A DNA stretch of 64,000 bases from Macrostomum lignano (lineage: Eukaryota): assembly GCA_002269645.1 (NCBI GenBank), contig NIVC01002212.1, forward strand, positions 13,784-77,783. Direction: 5' to 3'. The notes under the pieces are model-generated. The model was not told the DNA's origin. It ran no database searches and saw nothing but the letters and a program-made list of their open reading frames with translations. Shown piece after piece: positions 25,601 to 38,879 of the stretch; positions within the stretch are counted from its first letter, which is position 1; each line of letters begins with the position of its first letter. A program made the translations under genes and the position numbers.

Positions 25601-28600
25601 AGCTTCAGACAGCAAAAACTTCGTCAGCCGGGGGCCTCGGGGGCCTCACCGGGTCAGACGGTAATTCCAAAATTCATCCTGCTGACGCATCGCGGTGAGC
25701 AGCTTCATCACTTTGCCCAGACTCACCCCTCAATAAGATCTTTCGAGCTGAGCAGCTCGCTGTGCAGCAACTCGAAGAGCAGCTGGCCGCCCTTCTCCCG
25801 AAGCTCTTTGCTGTTTTCATTCAGCAGGTGCTCCGCGTTCACCTCCACGAAGGCGCTGATTTCCGGGTGACGCGAGATTTCAATGAAGTTGGATTTGGTG
25901 TCCTGAATGGAAGAAGGTGAGGGAGAGGATGTGGTGCTTCAGATTCTTCAGACACATTTATGCAAGGCAAGAGCTTACATCTAGCGAGCACAGGGAGCCG
26001 AGCCACTCCATCATTATGTTTTTGCTCTTCCGCTCCAGAACGTCCCGCGGTATCGGCGGCGGCTCAACGGACCGTGGCGACTCAACGGCCCGCGCCGGCA
26101 GCTCCTGGCTGGACTGAGAGCGCGGCATCTTGCCGGAGGCCGTCAGCGCTGCCACAGCGGGTTGCTGCAGCTGCTGCGATGGCGACAGCGTCGTCTCATG
26201 CAGAGTGAACTCCAGCTTGTTGGCTGCAACGAAGTCCGCCGCGTCCGCCTGCGGCAGCTCCAGCAGGCTGTGCCACGCCATCCCCGCCTCCCGGAACGCC
26301 GCGCCCACCCGGTTGTGGCCGAGCCGCCCGCTGGCCAGGTGTAGCGCCCGCGACACCACCTCGCCCCGCAGAGGTCGCCGGCTCGAGTCTCGCAGGTCGG
26401 CGGGGATCCTCAGCACCAGCTGCTGCACGCAGGACAGGTAGGAGGCCGCCTTCTGCACAAAGGAGGAGAAAATCTCTCCCAGGTAGCTGGACAAAAGCGG
26501 GAAGTCCGACAGGAAGTCGTCCGCCATCTCCATGATGGGTGAGAAGCTGCGGGGGAGCGGATGATGGGTGGGAGTCTGCAATCTACTGAAATCAATTCAC
26601 AACCCAAGGCCCAGAGCCGCTGTGCCACCCAGGCTGCTGACAGCTGGGCCTCCCAGGCTTCTGACAGCTGGGCCTCCCAGGCTTCTGACAGCTGGGCCTC
26701 CCAGGCTGCTGACAGCTGGGCCTCCCAGGCTTCTGACAGCTGGGCCTCCCAGGCTTCTGACAGCTGGGCCTCCCAGGCTGCTGGCAGCTGGGCCTCCCAG
26801 GCTTCTGGCAGCTGGGCCTCCCAGGTTGCTGGCAGCTGGGCCTCCCAGGCTTCTGACAGCTGGGCCTCCCAGGCTTCTGACAGCTGGGCCTCCCAGGCTT
26901 CTGACAGCTGGGCCTCCCAGGCTTCTGGCAGCTGGGCCTCCCAGGCTGCTGGCAGCTGGGCCTCCCAGGCTGCTGGCAGCTGGGCCTCCCAGGCTGCTGA
27001 CAGCTGGGCCTCCCAGGCTCCTGACAGCTAGGATCGCGTCGAGCTTCAGACAGCAAAAACTTCGTCAGCCGGGGGCCTCGGGGGCCTCACCGGGTCAGAC
27101 GGTAATTCCAAAATTCATCCTGCTGACGCATCGCGGTGAGCAGCTTCATCACTTTGCCCAGACTCACCCCTCAATAAGATCTTTCGAGCTGAGCAGCTCG
27201 CTGTGCAGCAACTCGAAGAGCAGCTGGCCGCCCTTCTCCCGAAGCTCTTTGCTGTTTTCATTCAGCAGGTGCTCCGCGTTCACCTCCACGAAGGCGCTGA
27301 TTTCCGGGTGACGCGAGATTTCAATGAAGTTGGATTTGGTGTCCTGAATGGAAGAAGGTGAGGGAGAGGATGTGGTGCTTCAGATTCTTCAGACACATTT
27401 ATGCAAGGCAAGAGCTTACATCTAGCGAGCACAGGGAGCCGAGCCACTCCATCATTATGTTTTTGCTCTTCCGCTCCAGAACGTCCCGCGGTATCGGCGG
27501 CGGCTCAACGGACCGTGGCGACTCAACGGCCCGCGCCGGCAGCTCCTGGCTGGACTGAGAGCGCGGCATCTTGCCGGAGGCCGTCAACGCTGCCACAGCG
27601 GGTTGCTGCAGCTGCTGCGATGGCGACAGCGTCGTCTCATGCAGAGTGAACTCCAGCTTGTTGGCTGCAACGAAGTCCGCCGCGTCCGCCTGCGGCAGCT
27701 CCAGCAGGCTGTGCCACGCCATCCCCGCCTCCCGGAACGCCGCGCCCACCCGGTTGTGGCCGAGCCGCCCGCTGGCCAGGTGTAGCGCCCGCGACACCAC
27801 CTCGCCCCGCAGAGGTCGCCGGCTCGAGTCTCGCAGGTCGGCGGGGATCCTCAGCACCAGCTGCTGCACGCAGGACAGGTAGGAGGCCGCCTTCTGCACA
27901 AAGGAGGAGAAAATCTCTCCCAGGTAGCTGGACAAAAGCGGGAAGTCCGACAGGAAGTCGTCCGCCATCTCCATGATGGGTGAGAAGCTGCGGGGGAGCG
28001 GATGATGGGTGGGAGTCTGCAATCTACTGAAATCAATTCACAACCCAAGGCCCAGAGCCGCTGTGCCACCCAGGCTGCTGACAGCTGGGCCTCCCAGGCT
28101 TCTGACAGCTGGGCCTCCCAGGCTTCTGACAGCTGGGCCTCCCAGGCTTCTGACAGCTGGGCCTCCCAGGCTTCTGACAGCTGGGCCTCCCAGGCTGCTG
28201 GCAGCTGGGCCTCCCAGGCTGCTGGCAGCTGGGCCTCCCAGGCTTCTGGCAGCTGGGCCTCCCAGGTTGCTGGCAGCTGGGCCTCCCAGGCTTCTGACAG
28301 CTGGGCCTCCCAGGCTTCTGACAGCTGGGCCTCCCAGGCTTCTGACAGCTGGGCCTCCCAGGCTTCTGGCAGCTGGGCCTCCCAGGCTGCTGGCAGCTGG
28401 GCCTCCCAGGCTGCTGACAGCTGGGCCTCCCAGGCTCCTGACAGCTGGGATCGCGTCGAGCTTCAGACAGCAAAAACTTCGTCAGCCGGGGGCCTCGGGG
28501 GCCTCACCGGGTCAGACGGTAATTCCAAAATTCATCCTGCTGACGCATCGCGGTGAGCAGCTTCATCACTTTGCCCAGACTCACCCCTCAATAAGATCTT

Positions 28601-31600
28601 TCGAGCTGAGCAGCTCGCTGTGCAGCAACTCGAAGAGCAGCTGGCCGCCCTTCTCCCGAAGCTCTTTGCTGTTTTCATTCAGCAGGTGCTCCGCGTTCAC
28701 CTCCACGAAGGCGCTGATTTCCGGGTGACGCGAGATTTCAATGAAGTTTGATTTGGTGTCCTGAATGGAAGAAGGTGAGGGAGAGGATGTGGTGCTTCAG
28801 ATTCTTCAGACACATTTATGCAAGGCAAGAGCTTACATCTAGCGAGCACAGGGAGCCGAGCCACTCCATCATTATGTTTTTGCTCTTCCGCTCCAGAACG
28901 TCCCGCGGTATCGGCGGCGGCTCAACGGACCGTGGCGACTCAACGGCCCGCGCCGGCAGCTCCTGGCTGGACTGAGAGCGCGGCATCTTGCCGGAGGCCG
29001 TCAACGCTGCCACAGCGGGTTGCTGCAGCTGCTGCGATGGCGACAGCGTCGTCTCATGCAGAGTGAACTCCAGCTTGTTGGCTGCAACGAAGTCCGCCGC
29101 GTCCGCCTGCGGCAGCTCCAGCAGGCTGTGCCACGCCATCCCCGCCTCCCGGAACGCCGCGCCCACCCGGTTGTGGCCGAGCCGCCCGCTGGCCAGGTGT
29201 AGCGCCCGCGACACCACCTCGCCCCGCAGAGGTCGCCGGCTCGAGTCTCGCAGGTCGGCGGGGATCCTCAGCACCAGCTGCTGCACGCAGGACAGGTAGG
29301 AGGCCGCCTTCTGCACAAAGGAGGAGAAAATCTCTCCCAGGTAGCTGGACAAAAGCGGGAAGTCCGACAGGAAGTCGTCCGCCATCTCCATGATGGGTGA
29401 GAAGCTGCGGGGGAGCGGATGATGGGTGGGAGTCTGCAATCTACTGAAATCAATTCACAACCCAAGGCCCAGAGCCGCTGTGCCACCCAGGCTGCTGACA
29501 GCTGGGCCTCCCAGGCTTCTGACAGCTGGGCCTCCCAGGCTTCTGACAGCTGGGCCTCCCAGGCTGCTGACAGCTGGGCCTCCCAGGCTTCTGACAGCTG
29601 GGCCTCCCAGGCTTCTGACAGCTGGGCCTCCCAGGCTGCTGGCAGCTGGGCCTCCCAGGCTTCTGGCAGCTGGGCCTCCCAGGTTGCTGGCAGCTGGGCC
29701 TCCCAGGCTTCTGACAGCTGGGCCTCCCAGGCTTCTGACAGCTGGGCCTCCCAGGCTTCTGACAGCTGGGCCTCCCAGGCTTCTGGCAGCTGGGCCTCCC
29801 AGGCTGCTGGCAGCTGGGCCTCCCAGGCTGCTGGCAGCTGGGCCTCCCAGGCTGCTGACAGCTGGGCCTCCCAGGCTCCTGACAGCTGGGATCGCGTCGA
29901 GCTTCAGACAGCAAAAACTTCGTCAGCCGGGGCCTCGGGGGCCTCACCGGGTCAGACGGTAATTCCAAAATTCATCCTGCTGACGCATCGCGGTGAGCAG
30001 CTTCATCACTTTGCCCAGACTCACCCCTCAATAAGATCTTTCGAGCTGAGCAGCTCGCTGTGCAGCAACTCGAAGAGCAGCTGGCCGCCCTTCTCCCGAA
30101 GCTCTTTGCTGTTTTCATTCAGCAGGTGCTCCGCGTTCACCTCCACGAAGGCGCTGATTTCCGGGTGACGCGAGATTTCAATGAAGTTGGATTTGGTGTC
30201 CTGAATGGAAGAAGGTGAGGGAGAGGATGTGGTGCTTCAGATTCTTCAGACACATTTATGCAAGGCAAGAGCTTACATCTAGCGAGCACAGGGAGCCGAG
30301 CCACTCCATCATTATGTTTTTGCTCTTCCGCTCCAGAACGTCCCGCGGTATCGGCGGCGGCTCAACGGACCGTGGCGACTCAACGGCCCGCGCCGGCAGC
30401 TCCTGGCTGGACTGAGAGCGCGGCATCTTGCCGGAGGCCGTCAGCGCTGCCACAGCGGGTTGCTGCAGCTGCTGCGATGGCGACAGCGTCGTCTCATGCA
30501 GAGTGAACTCCAGCTTGTTGGCTGCAACGAAGTCCGCCGCGTCCGCCTGCGGCAGCTCCAGCAGGCTGTGCCACGCCATCCCCGCCTCCCGGAACGCCGC
30601 GCCCACCCGGTTGTGGCCGAGCCGCCCGCTGGCCAGGTGTAGCGCCCGCGACACCACCTCGCCCCGCAGAGGTCGCCGGCTCGAGTCTCGCAGGTCGGCG
30701 GGGATCCTCAGCACCAGCTGCTGCACGCAGGACAGGTAGGAGGCCGCCTTCTGCACAAAGGAGGAGAAAATCTCTCCCAGGTAGCTGGACAAAAGCGGGA
30801 AGTCCGACAGGAAGTCGTCCGCCATCTCCATGATGGGTGAGAAGCTGCGGGGGAGCGGATGATGGGTGGGAGTCTGCAATCTACTGAAATCAATTCACAA
30901 CCCAAGGCCCAGAGCCGCTGTGCCACCCAGGCTGCTGACAGCTGGGCCTCCCAGGCTTCTGACAGCTGGGCCTCCCAGGCTTCTGACAGCTGGGCCTCCC
31001 AGGCTGCTGACAGCTGGGCCTCCCAGGCTTCTGACAGCTGGGCCTCCCAGGCTTCTGACAGCTGGGCCTCCCAGGCTGCTGACAGCTGGGCCTCCCAGGC
31101 TTCTGGCAGCTGGGCCTCCCAGGCTTCTGACAGCTGGGCCTCCCAGGCTGCTGGCAGCTGGGCCTCCCAGGCTTCTGACAGCTGGGCCTCCCAGGCTTCT
31201 GACAGCTGGGCCTCCCAGGCTTCTGGCAGCTGGGCCTCCCAGGCTGCTGGCAGCTGGGCCTCCCAGGCTGCTGGCAGCTGGGCCTCCCAGGCTGCTGACA
31301 GCTGGGCCTCCCAGGCTCCTGACAGCTGGGATCGCGTCGAGCTTCAGACAGCAAAAACTTCGTCAGCCGGGGGCCTCGGGGGCCTCACCGGGTCAGACGG
31401 TAATTCCAAAATTCATCCTGCTGACGCATCGCGGTGAGCAGCTTCATCACTTTGCCCAGACTCACCCCTCAATAAGATCTTTCGAGCTGAGCAGCTCGCT
31501 GTGCAGCAACTCGAAGAGCAGCTGGCCGCCCTTCTCCCGAAGCTCTTTGCTGTTTTCATTCAGCAGGTGCTCCGCGTTCACCTCCACGAAGGCGCTGATT

Positions 31601-33811
31601 TCCGGGTGACGCGAGATTTCAATGAAGTTGGATTTGGTGTCCTGAATGGAAGAAGGTGAGGGAGAGGATGTGGTGCTTCAGATTCTTCAGACACATTTAT
31701 GCAAGGCAAGAGCTTACATCTAGCGAGCACAGGGAGCCGAGCCACTCCATCATTATGTTTTTGCTCTTCCGCTCCAGAACGTCCCGCGGTATCGGCGGCG
31801 GCTCAACGGACCGTGGCGACTCAACGGCCCGCGCTGGCAGCTCCTGGCTGGACTGAGAGCGCGGCATCTTGCCGGAGGCCGTCAACGCTGCCACAGCGGG
31901 TTGCTGCAGCTGCTGCGGATCCAGGTGCAGCGAGGCCTCCCGACTGGTGCCACGACTGGCGCTGGACTCTCGCGAGTTCTTCTGACTGCCCAACCTAGCG
32001 GAGGAGCGAGTTTGTGTTTAGCAAATTCTAAACATTTCTGAGGTCCAGGACAGGAAAACTAATTGAGGACGTCGAGAATCAAAGACAGTGTTTTCCCTTC
32101 TCTGAATTTTAGTATACGACAAATCTTAGACATTTAGTATAGGTGGAAACCATTTTATGTTCTTTCCTATAATAGGTTATACCAGGGATGCTCAGAATAT
32201 TCTCACCTCGGCGTGCCACGGCCTCCGTCATCCTTGTCGCTGGGCCTTGCCTTGGCCACAAACGACGGTCGAGACGGGCCCAGCCGAGTCTGTGACTGGC
32301 CCTGCACCTGGCAGCTGCCGATGACCATCTTGCGAGCGTCCATCTTCTGTGCCTTGCGAGTCGTTGTTACTGGGGTCCACTTGCTGTTGGCCGCAAGGGT
32401 TTGCCCAGCAGGTGGACGACTGAAGCCGCCCTGCCGGCCACCTCGAGTCTGCTGCTGCAGCTGCTGCGCCCACGATTCCTCATCCTGCCTGGCCTTCTGC
32501 TCCAGCTCCTCCTTCGTCATCGGCCTCTCGTGCAGCCGAATCTCCATCTCGCGCCGCTCCCAGTTCCGCTGCCGCATCTCTACGATGTCCTGCAGGCGGA
32601 ACCGAACCTTCGACTCGATCTCCTTGCTGTTGATCAGCTTCTTGATCCGCTCGAAGTACTGGTCGATTCGAGCCTTGGCGTTGTTCTCACTCTCCAGCTT
32701 TTTGCCGACTGTCTTCAGCAGCTCGCACAGGCACTCCAGCGACTCCGTGAACATGCTCTTGCTGCTGTGGTCTGACTTCAGCTGCGATACAATGCACTGA
32801 TGGATGATGTTTGCCGTCAGGATGTCCTTCATGAACAGCTCGCCGATGAATCTGCAGTGAGGCATCATGAAATCACACAATACACTCTGCTAAGGAAGCG
32901 ATTGACCCAGCTTCTAACAGAAACTCACCTGATGTTCCCGTAATATTGGTCCTTTGCTTTCTTCATCTGCTCGTCCCTCTCCTCTTCCAGCGCCTTCTTC
33001 TTGTCTTCCTTCTCTTCTGCGTCGATCTTCTCTTGCCACTGCGCCCCCTTCTGCTCCATCTGCTCCTTCAGCGGAGTCTCGAACATTTCCTGGCATTTCT
33101 TCAGCAGCAGAGACCGGAAACCGATGAACTGTTTGTTCTCTTGAGACTGCTCGGGAAAGTTCACCTTGAGCTGCAGGTATGAAAATAGGAAACGTTAGAA
33201 ATGATATTTACAAGCACACAAAACGTCTCAGTGTTTGCATAATATTTGTGACTATCGCTTACAAAGGCCAGCCGCTTGCAGATCTCAGCGAACACGGATG
33301 AGTAGGACTTCTCACGAGTGGCCTGCAGACAGAAAATGGGCGCATATTTAGCCAGGTGGGTGCAAGAGCAACTGCAGATTAGTTGAAATGAATTTTATTT
33401 ATGGCGTAATCAGACATAAACTGTTTTCTGCATTGCATATAAGTCAGGGATAACGGTCATCATAGGAGAAGTAGGTACCAGTCTACTCTCTCACTACAAG
33501 ACAGTTATTACCTTCTCAAAGATGATGTCAACGCAGGCATTGAGACCTTGGATGCTGCCGATATCGCAGGTTGTGGTCAGCTGAGAGAAGCAGGACTCGA
33601 AGTTCTGCGGAGCAATCTTGTTCAGGATGGACCGAATGTCCCGCTCGGTCTTCTCCTTCTTGAGCTGCTCCTGGTCGTCAGGCTTCTTCTGCAGGAATCC
33701 GGGCACGTAGGGACAGTCGGTCTTGCGCATGTCGACCTTGACCTTGCGCACCTCAGTCGTAAGCTGTGACTTGGGTGCTGGTTTTGGCTGAGAGCTGTAG
33801 GACGTGTTCAG
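22698..33811 (-). CDS. eIF4G: eIF4G-family translation initiation factor: MIF4G, six tandem MA3 modules and W2; 5' end not identified
   Basis: Exons 33811-33512, 33322-33263, 33170-32929, 32851-32207, 31994-31718, then five pairs of 176-nt and 568-nt exons, then 24461-24286, 23760-23201, 23113-22976 and 22882-22698. All phases are compatible (6303 nt). Motifs: IRSILNKIAPQNF, FRSLLLKKCQEMF, GNIRFIGELF, LECLCELLKTVGKKLE, VRFRLQDIVEMR, and W2 box LDNAIICEDSFKQW. Confidence 0.9.
23390..31917. repeat. Six-unit tandem segmental array covering the eIF4G MA3 exons
   Basis: Units of 1345, 1441, 1441, 1417, 1440 and 1441 bp; five identical 207-aa ORFs in the track; 3-bp GCG microhomology at the junctions. 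Confidence 0.95.
23843..24148. repeat. 24-bp intronic VNTR, repeated in every unit of the eIF4G array (13/17/17/16/17/17 copies)
   Basis: Unit GGCCTCCCAGGCTTCTGACAGCTG. Copy counts were read from the periodic WASQASDS translations. Confidence 0.9.
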
Positions 33812-34879
33812 CTGCACAACGTAAGTAGGCGTGGAGTCGAAGACGCGAATGGTTTAAGACGGCTGCTGCTTCATGCAATATATTGGGTGTTTTTAAGGTA
33901 AATCTTCAGTCGCATAGTGAAAGACAAATGACACAAGACAAAGACAAATGTTCAAGTGTCCACTTCTTGTGGAATTATCCTTTAAATTTTTATTTTATTT
34001 TGTACAAAGGCCTAATAATATTTTTTCAACTTATCAGCGAGTATAAAAGTTTAATAAATATACTGATATTCTATTCTATAATGATATATTGATATGATAA
34101 TCACAATAAATATCAGACACATGCAACTTTCCAAACTGAAATATCCTATTTTTTACTTTGCTTTTATTACAATATTAGATTGTTTAAATCATTATTGTCA
34201 AAATTAATTTTTATTTAGGTTTCCCAAAATGTATAAATATATACCAATTTGCAAATAGAACCCATATAAATACTTGACTTGATAATTGAAATTTAAATAT
34301 TTGACTTTATTCTTTGTTACTCAAAATCAAGTAATTTTTATTATATTTCTCAATACTCAAATAGTTAAGTTGAGAATGAGTCTATCAGTTAATAAGATAA
34401 ATTTAAAATAATTTATTTGATAACTTATAAATCTGCACAATTACATTTCATGAAAAGAAAACAATGCTATACTTTTATCATGTTTTATTAACCTATCAAT
34501 TTGCTCTACAATTGGGATCTCTGATGTATTCTACTTAATATATAATTATGATATTAATTAATATCAGATCCTTAGTACATTAATCAAGGTCCATATTACA
34601 TAGAATGTTTCATGAATTTATTGTAAAATATATAGTTATTTGTTCAGCTTTTTCCCCATTTTAAATGTTAGATTTTATATAGTTTATAAAAGTTAGGGCA
34701 GCTATAAAATAGTGCATAGATGGCACATAAATAATAAATAGATTGTTTCCCAAAAATTATTCTGGTATATGCATGCAATGCTACGAGGCTGGGATTCTAC
34801 CTGCAACTGCAAGCCATTACTTTAAACTTTTTTATTTGTTTTGAATGGACTTCTTTTGAATGGACCATGGCGCACATCG

Positions 34880-36010
34880 TTGCAGTTACTAAGAAGCCAG
34901 GCACCACAAGGCTTGTGGAGCATCGAGGTATCTGCCTTCAGTCCTGCGCTGCAAAGTTGTTCAACCGGGTGCTGTTATTGCGGTTGTAGCCCATGCTGGA
35001 TCCATACCTGCATCCTGAGCTGAATGGCGTCTGGCCCCATTGCGGCACTGTGACGCAGATCCTGGCTCTTCGGCGAGTCATCGAGGAAGCACGGATATGC
35101 CAGTCGATCCTGATTGTTATCTTTATAGATTTCAAGAAGGCATTCGACTCGATCGTCAGGTCTGTGCTCCCAAAGATGCTCCGTGCGTACAACGCAGCTG
35201 ATTTCCGCCATCATGGCGATATACCGTGATACGAAAGCTGCTGTTTCAACACCGGACGGCCTGTCGGACTTCTTTGAGACATCCTCCGGGGTGCTTCAGG
35301 GAGATACGCTTGTGCTGTTCCTGTTCTTTCTGGTGCTGGACTGGGCGCTGCGGACCGCTCTTTTTACCAACAACGACGGCTTTTGTTGCGGCCACGCGTG
35401 GGTCGACGTCAACCGGAGAGGTGGCTCAGCGTGCTTGGCTACGCCGACGATCTTGCCCTGCTGTCCTCAACTGTCGAGGGCGCCCAGCGACAACTGGACA
35501 AGCTAGTTGCTGTTGCGGCGAGTGTCGGCCTGGTGTCAACATGCAGAAGACCGTCGTGCTCTGCGTGCCGGACGACATCGAGGCTGCGATTTTGTACCGA
35601 GGCGCTGATGGACATGCGACAGAGCTTCCGCGTTGTCAGCAGTTCGTCTACCTCGGCGGTCTGGTTCCTGGCGTCCGCGAGAATTTGTGGCGTCGCCGCG
35701 GGCTTGCCTGGGCTGCTTTTCGTTCTGTGAGGGCAGTCCTCCTGCAGTCCGAGGCCTTACCTGACCGCCAGAGGCGTTGTTCCAGGCAGGATCGAGACTA
35801 TCCTGCTGTACAACGCCAAGACTTGGTGCTGACGGAGTCGCTCGAGCAACAAGTTGACGCGTGCGCGCCGCCTTCAAGATCAGCTACGAGCGAGTGACCA
35901 ACACGGCTTTGTATCACCGCGCCGGCCTGGTCCGTCAAAGCGACCTGTTGCGCCGTCGGCGACTCCAGCTGACATGCCACATCATCCGTGCCGAGTCGTA
36001 CTGCCAAAAT
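34880..36010 (+). mobile_element. Degenerate RTE-like non-LTR retrotransposon (reverse transcriptase fragment)
   Basis: Frameshifted pieces: ILALRRVIEE..FIDFKKAFDS, GVLQGDTL, LGYADDLALL, followed by RTE-type C-terminal remnants. Confidence 0.8.
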
Positions 36011-38879
36011 AGGAAAGTCACATAATATAAATAATATATAATATTTGTACATGCACATGATTGATAGAATACTGGGTAGATTGAAGTGAAACAAAGCAGG
36101 ACTTAGAGATGCTATGCATATACCATACTAAGAAGTCTGCATGTGACTCTCTAATCATGGTGACGCCTAAAGTAGTTCAAGTATGGCCATAAATGCGCAA
36201 CTTCCGATCCGACCAAGATGGCTAGCGAGGGGTCCAGCCAAGGTAAGAAGAAAAATGCATACCCGAAAAATAATACAGATGTAGTACTATAATCAGATGA
36301 CACATTTTTTGCTTTTATTATATAGTAATAATTACTCTGTCCTTTACCCAAAAAAGCGTTAAGTTTTCTTAGGTTTCTTTCGTAGATAGATCGCATTTTT
36401 TGGTTAAAAAGTAAGTGGCACTGCCGGTGCAAATCTGGGCGGTTGCGCATGTATGGCTAATGAATGGCCTTATAGTTAGGAAGGCCCATTGGGCATTGAA
36501 TTGATTGAAAAATCAGATAGCAACCGGCAGAATAAACAGGAAGTTAATTTCGTAACATATAATAATAATAATAATAGAAAGGCATTTAAAAAAGATACGG
36601 TTGTTCGTAGCCTTGTTGATGTCGCTTATTCATTTTCAAAAGTATTGCAAGACTCCTTAAAATGACTCTTAATAATTAGAAAATAAAATCGGTAATGTAA
36701 AATTAAAACATTAAACTCCATTTAGTTAATTATTACAGAATTTGAAAGAAAGAAAACAAATTTATCAGTTTGCCAAGTAAGACAGTAGACACACAAGAAA
36801 CTTTTCAGAGGAAATAAAAAAGGTTCGGAGCAATACTCTTTCATATTACTTTGGCATGACCAATAATTAAATTTGCGCTTTTTCGTTTTCAAAATTAGTT
36901 TAGAGATATTAACTATCCTTAACTAATAATGAAATATTTTTTTTAATAATTGAATTTTTTACTTTTTACTAATTTATTCTTGTCATTTACAATATTAGAG
37001 CAAAATTGTTTAAATTGCAAATGTGAACTTAAAAATTCCGGAGTATTTTGAAATAATTAAAATATCTCGATGCCTGTGTCAGGATATGAACATGTTTCGT
37101 CAATGTTCTATGTTCAGGACACAAATTAGAAAGCCAGAACTGATTCTTTTTTTGGAAATACCTAATGAACAAAAAATTAAAGTTCCCCATTCAGAAACAA
37201 AGCCTGCACGCTTTTATTTCTTCGCCCTCTCGGGCCTCAGCTCCCTCAACCACACCGGCATAGCCAGGTTCAGATTGGATGTATTGGGGCGCTGAGCCTA
37301 AATGACTCATAATGCTTTAAACGTTAAACAACAACGCATGCAGTTACAAACAGTCAAAAGCGTTATTGTACAATCTATACTATTGATTTATAGATCTCGA
37401 GAAATTTGATTTTTCTAGCGCAGATCTAGAAAATGGGGCGAAACCCCATTCACCTTTATACGTTCTATATAGAACATACTAGCTAACTGCACTAGCGATA
37501 CAAGAATGCATTCTCTACCGGTCTCCAGCTCATTCTAAGAAAATTGTCGAGTGAAATGTAACTTACTTTTAGTTTGCAGTTGTCCACGCGCCTGCGGTGC
37601 TGCCTGCTGGAACCCATGCTCATGCGAGGCACGAGAGTTCTGAATTGTTAGAAAACTGTTTGCAGACTGTTTTTTACCCACTGCTTCTCCCTTTCCGTGA
37701 CCGCTCCAGGCCTGATCTAGTTGGAATAAGCTAGCAATTTATTATACGCTCGTATCTGTATTAGTTTTACTCGATCCAGTGTGTTCCCTTAATTTGCCAT
37801 TTGCGTGGGGTCAAAGCAGGATCTCGCCGTACAATCAGTTGCGCTGAGCTCGGTACATCTACAGTACGAGTGAGGCCAGAGATACTACGGCTAGAAAGTG
37901 ACCGCGAGAACATGTAAGTGTACATATACAAATCATGTACATGCACATATCATTTACCATGATCATCAGTTGGCACTGCCAGTTGGCAAACGTGAGGCAA
38001 CAATAGTGACGATGGATGGACCATGGACGATCGACCCACCCTGGGAGAACTATTGCAGCCAAATGCAAACATTGAGATTCACCTTGAACGAATTGAGCAA
38101 TGCTTCAATTTGCCAAGCAGTGAAGAAAGAGACAAAGGGTAGCAACTTGATCACTTGCAATATGTGAGGTGACCTATACTATATTACACTGCGGAGTTTC
38201 TGCTAGCTACAAGCTGTGGCGAAAAAGTCCTTGACTGAGTTGAAGAAAATTCTGGCAGGCAAGCAAGATGTTGCTTTCAGCAGCGCAGGCAGCAACCCGG
38301 CAAGAATCTCACTGGACTCAAGGACTTGGCAATTCACTGCATATTCAGTGAAGACCGGCTGAATGAACAGCTTCGAGACCAGCAGGTTGTCGGCCTGCGG
38401 AGCGATGCCTTCGAATCGCTTCATGCGAAGCTGCTCTCACTCAAGGACTACTAGAGTAGAAGGACGGTTAAACTGCGTTTCTTGGAAAAATTTTAGGAGG
38501 CAGGTTCTACCGAAAGAATACATCAAGGGGAATGCAGGTTCTCATTTTTAGCAAAAAATGTTATTGCTTTTGATAGGAGGCAGATCCAATGTCATATTTT
38601 GATATGTCCTGCTTTTCTTATAGCTCTATTGATATTCACAGAGCTCGTTTAGAAAACTAGGATTCTATGTTTAGGAAGGAAGGATATATCCTTATATCCT
38701 TTAGGCACGCACATGACCTCTGCCTGAAAACAGCAGTCTGAGGAAGAGGCGGCCATCAACTCGCTACTGCTCGACGAGCCCACCAGATCGGCAGTCAACT
38801 TGCAGAGCAATAGCGCCGCACAGGACTAACGCTGCAGTTATGGTTTGTATGCTGAGATATCTTTAGAACGCAGCCTCCA

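Noticed and set aside
23390-31917. Six separate paralogous genes
   Set aside because: The units lack their own start, MIF4G and W2 parts, and splice into one continuous frame.
23158-32800. Plus-strand ORFs over the eIF4G locus, including the GPPRLLTA repeats
   Set aside because: Antisense shadows of GC-rich exons or translations of the intronic VNTR.
33900-37100. AT-rich blocks as foreign or organellar DNA
   Set aside because: No recognisable mitochondrial or bacterial genes; consistent with ordinary intronic or intergenic sequence.
37898-38424. ORFs 37898..38167(+) and 38203..38424(-) as upstream eIF4G exons or another gene
   Set aside because: No eIF4G or other known motif was recognised, and splice phases could not be linked.
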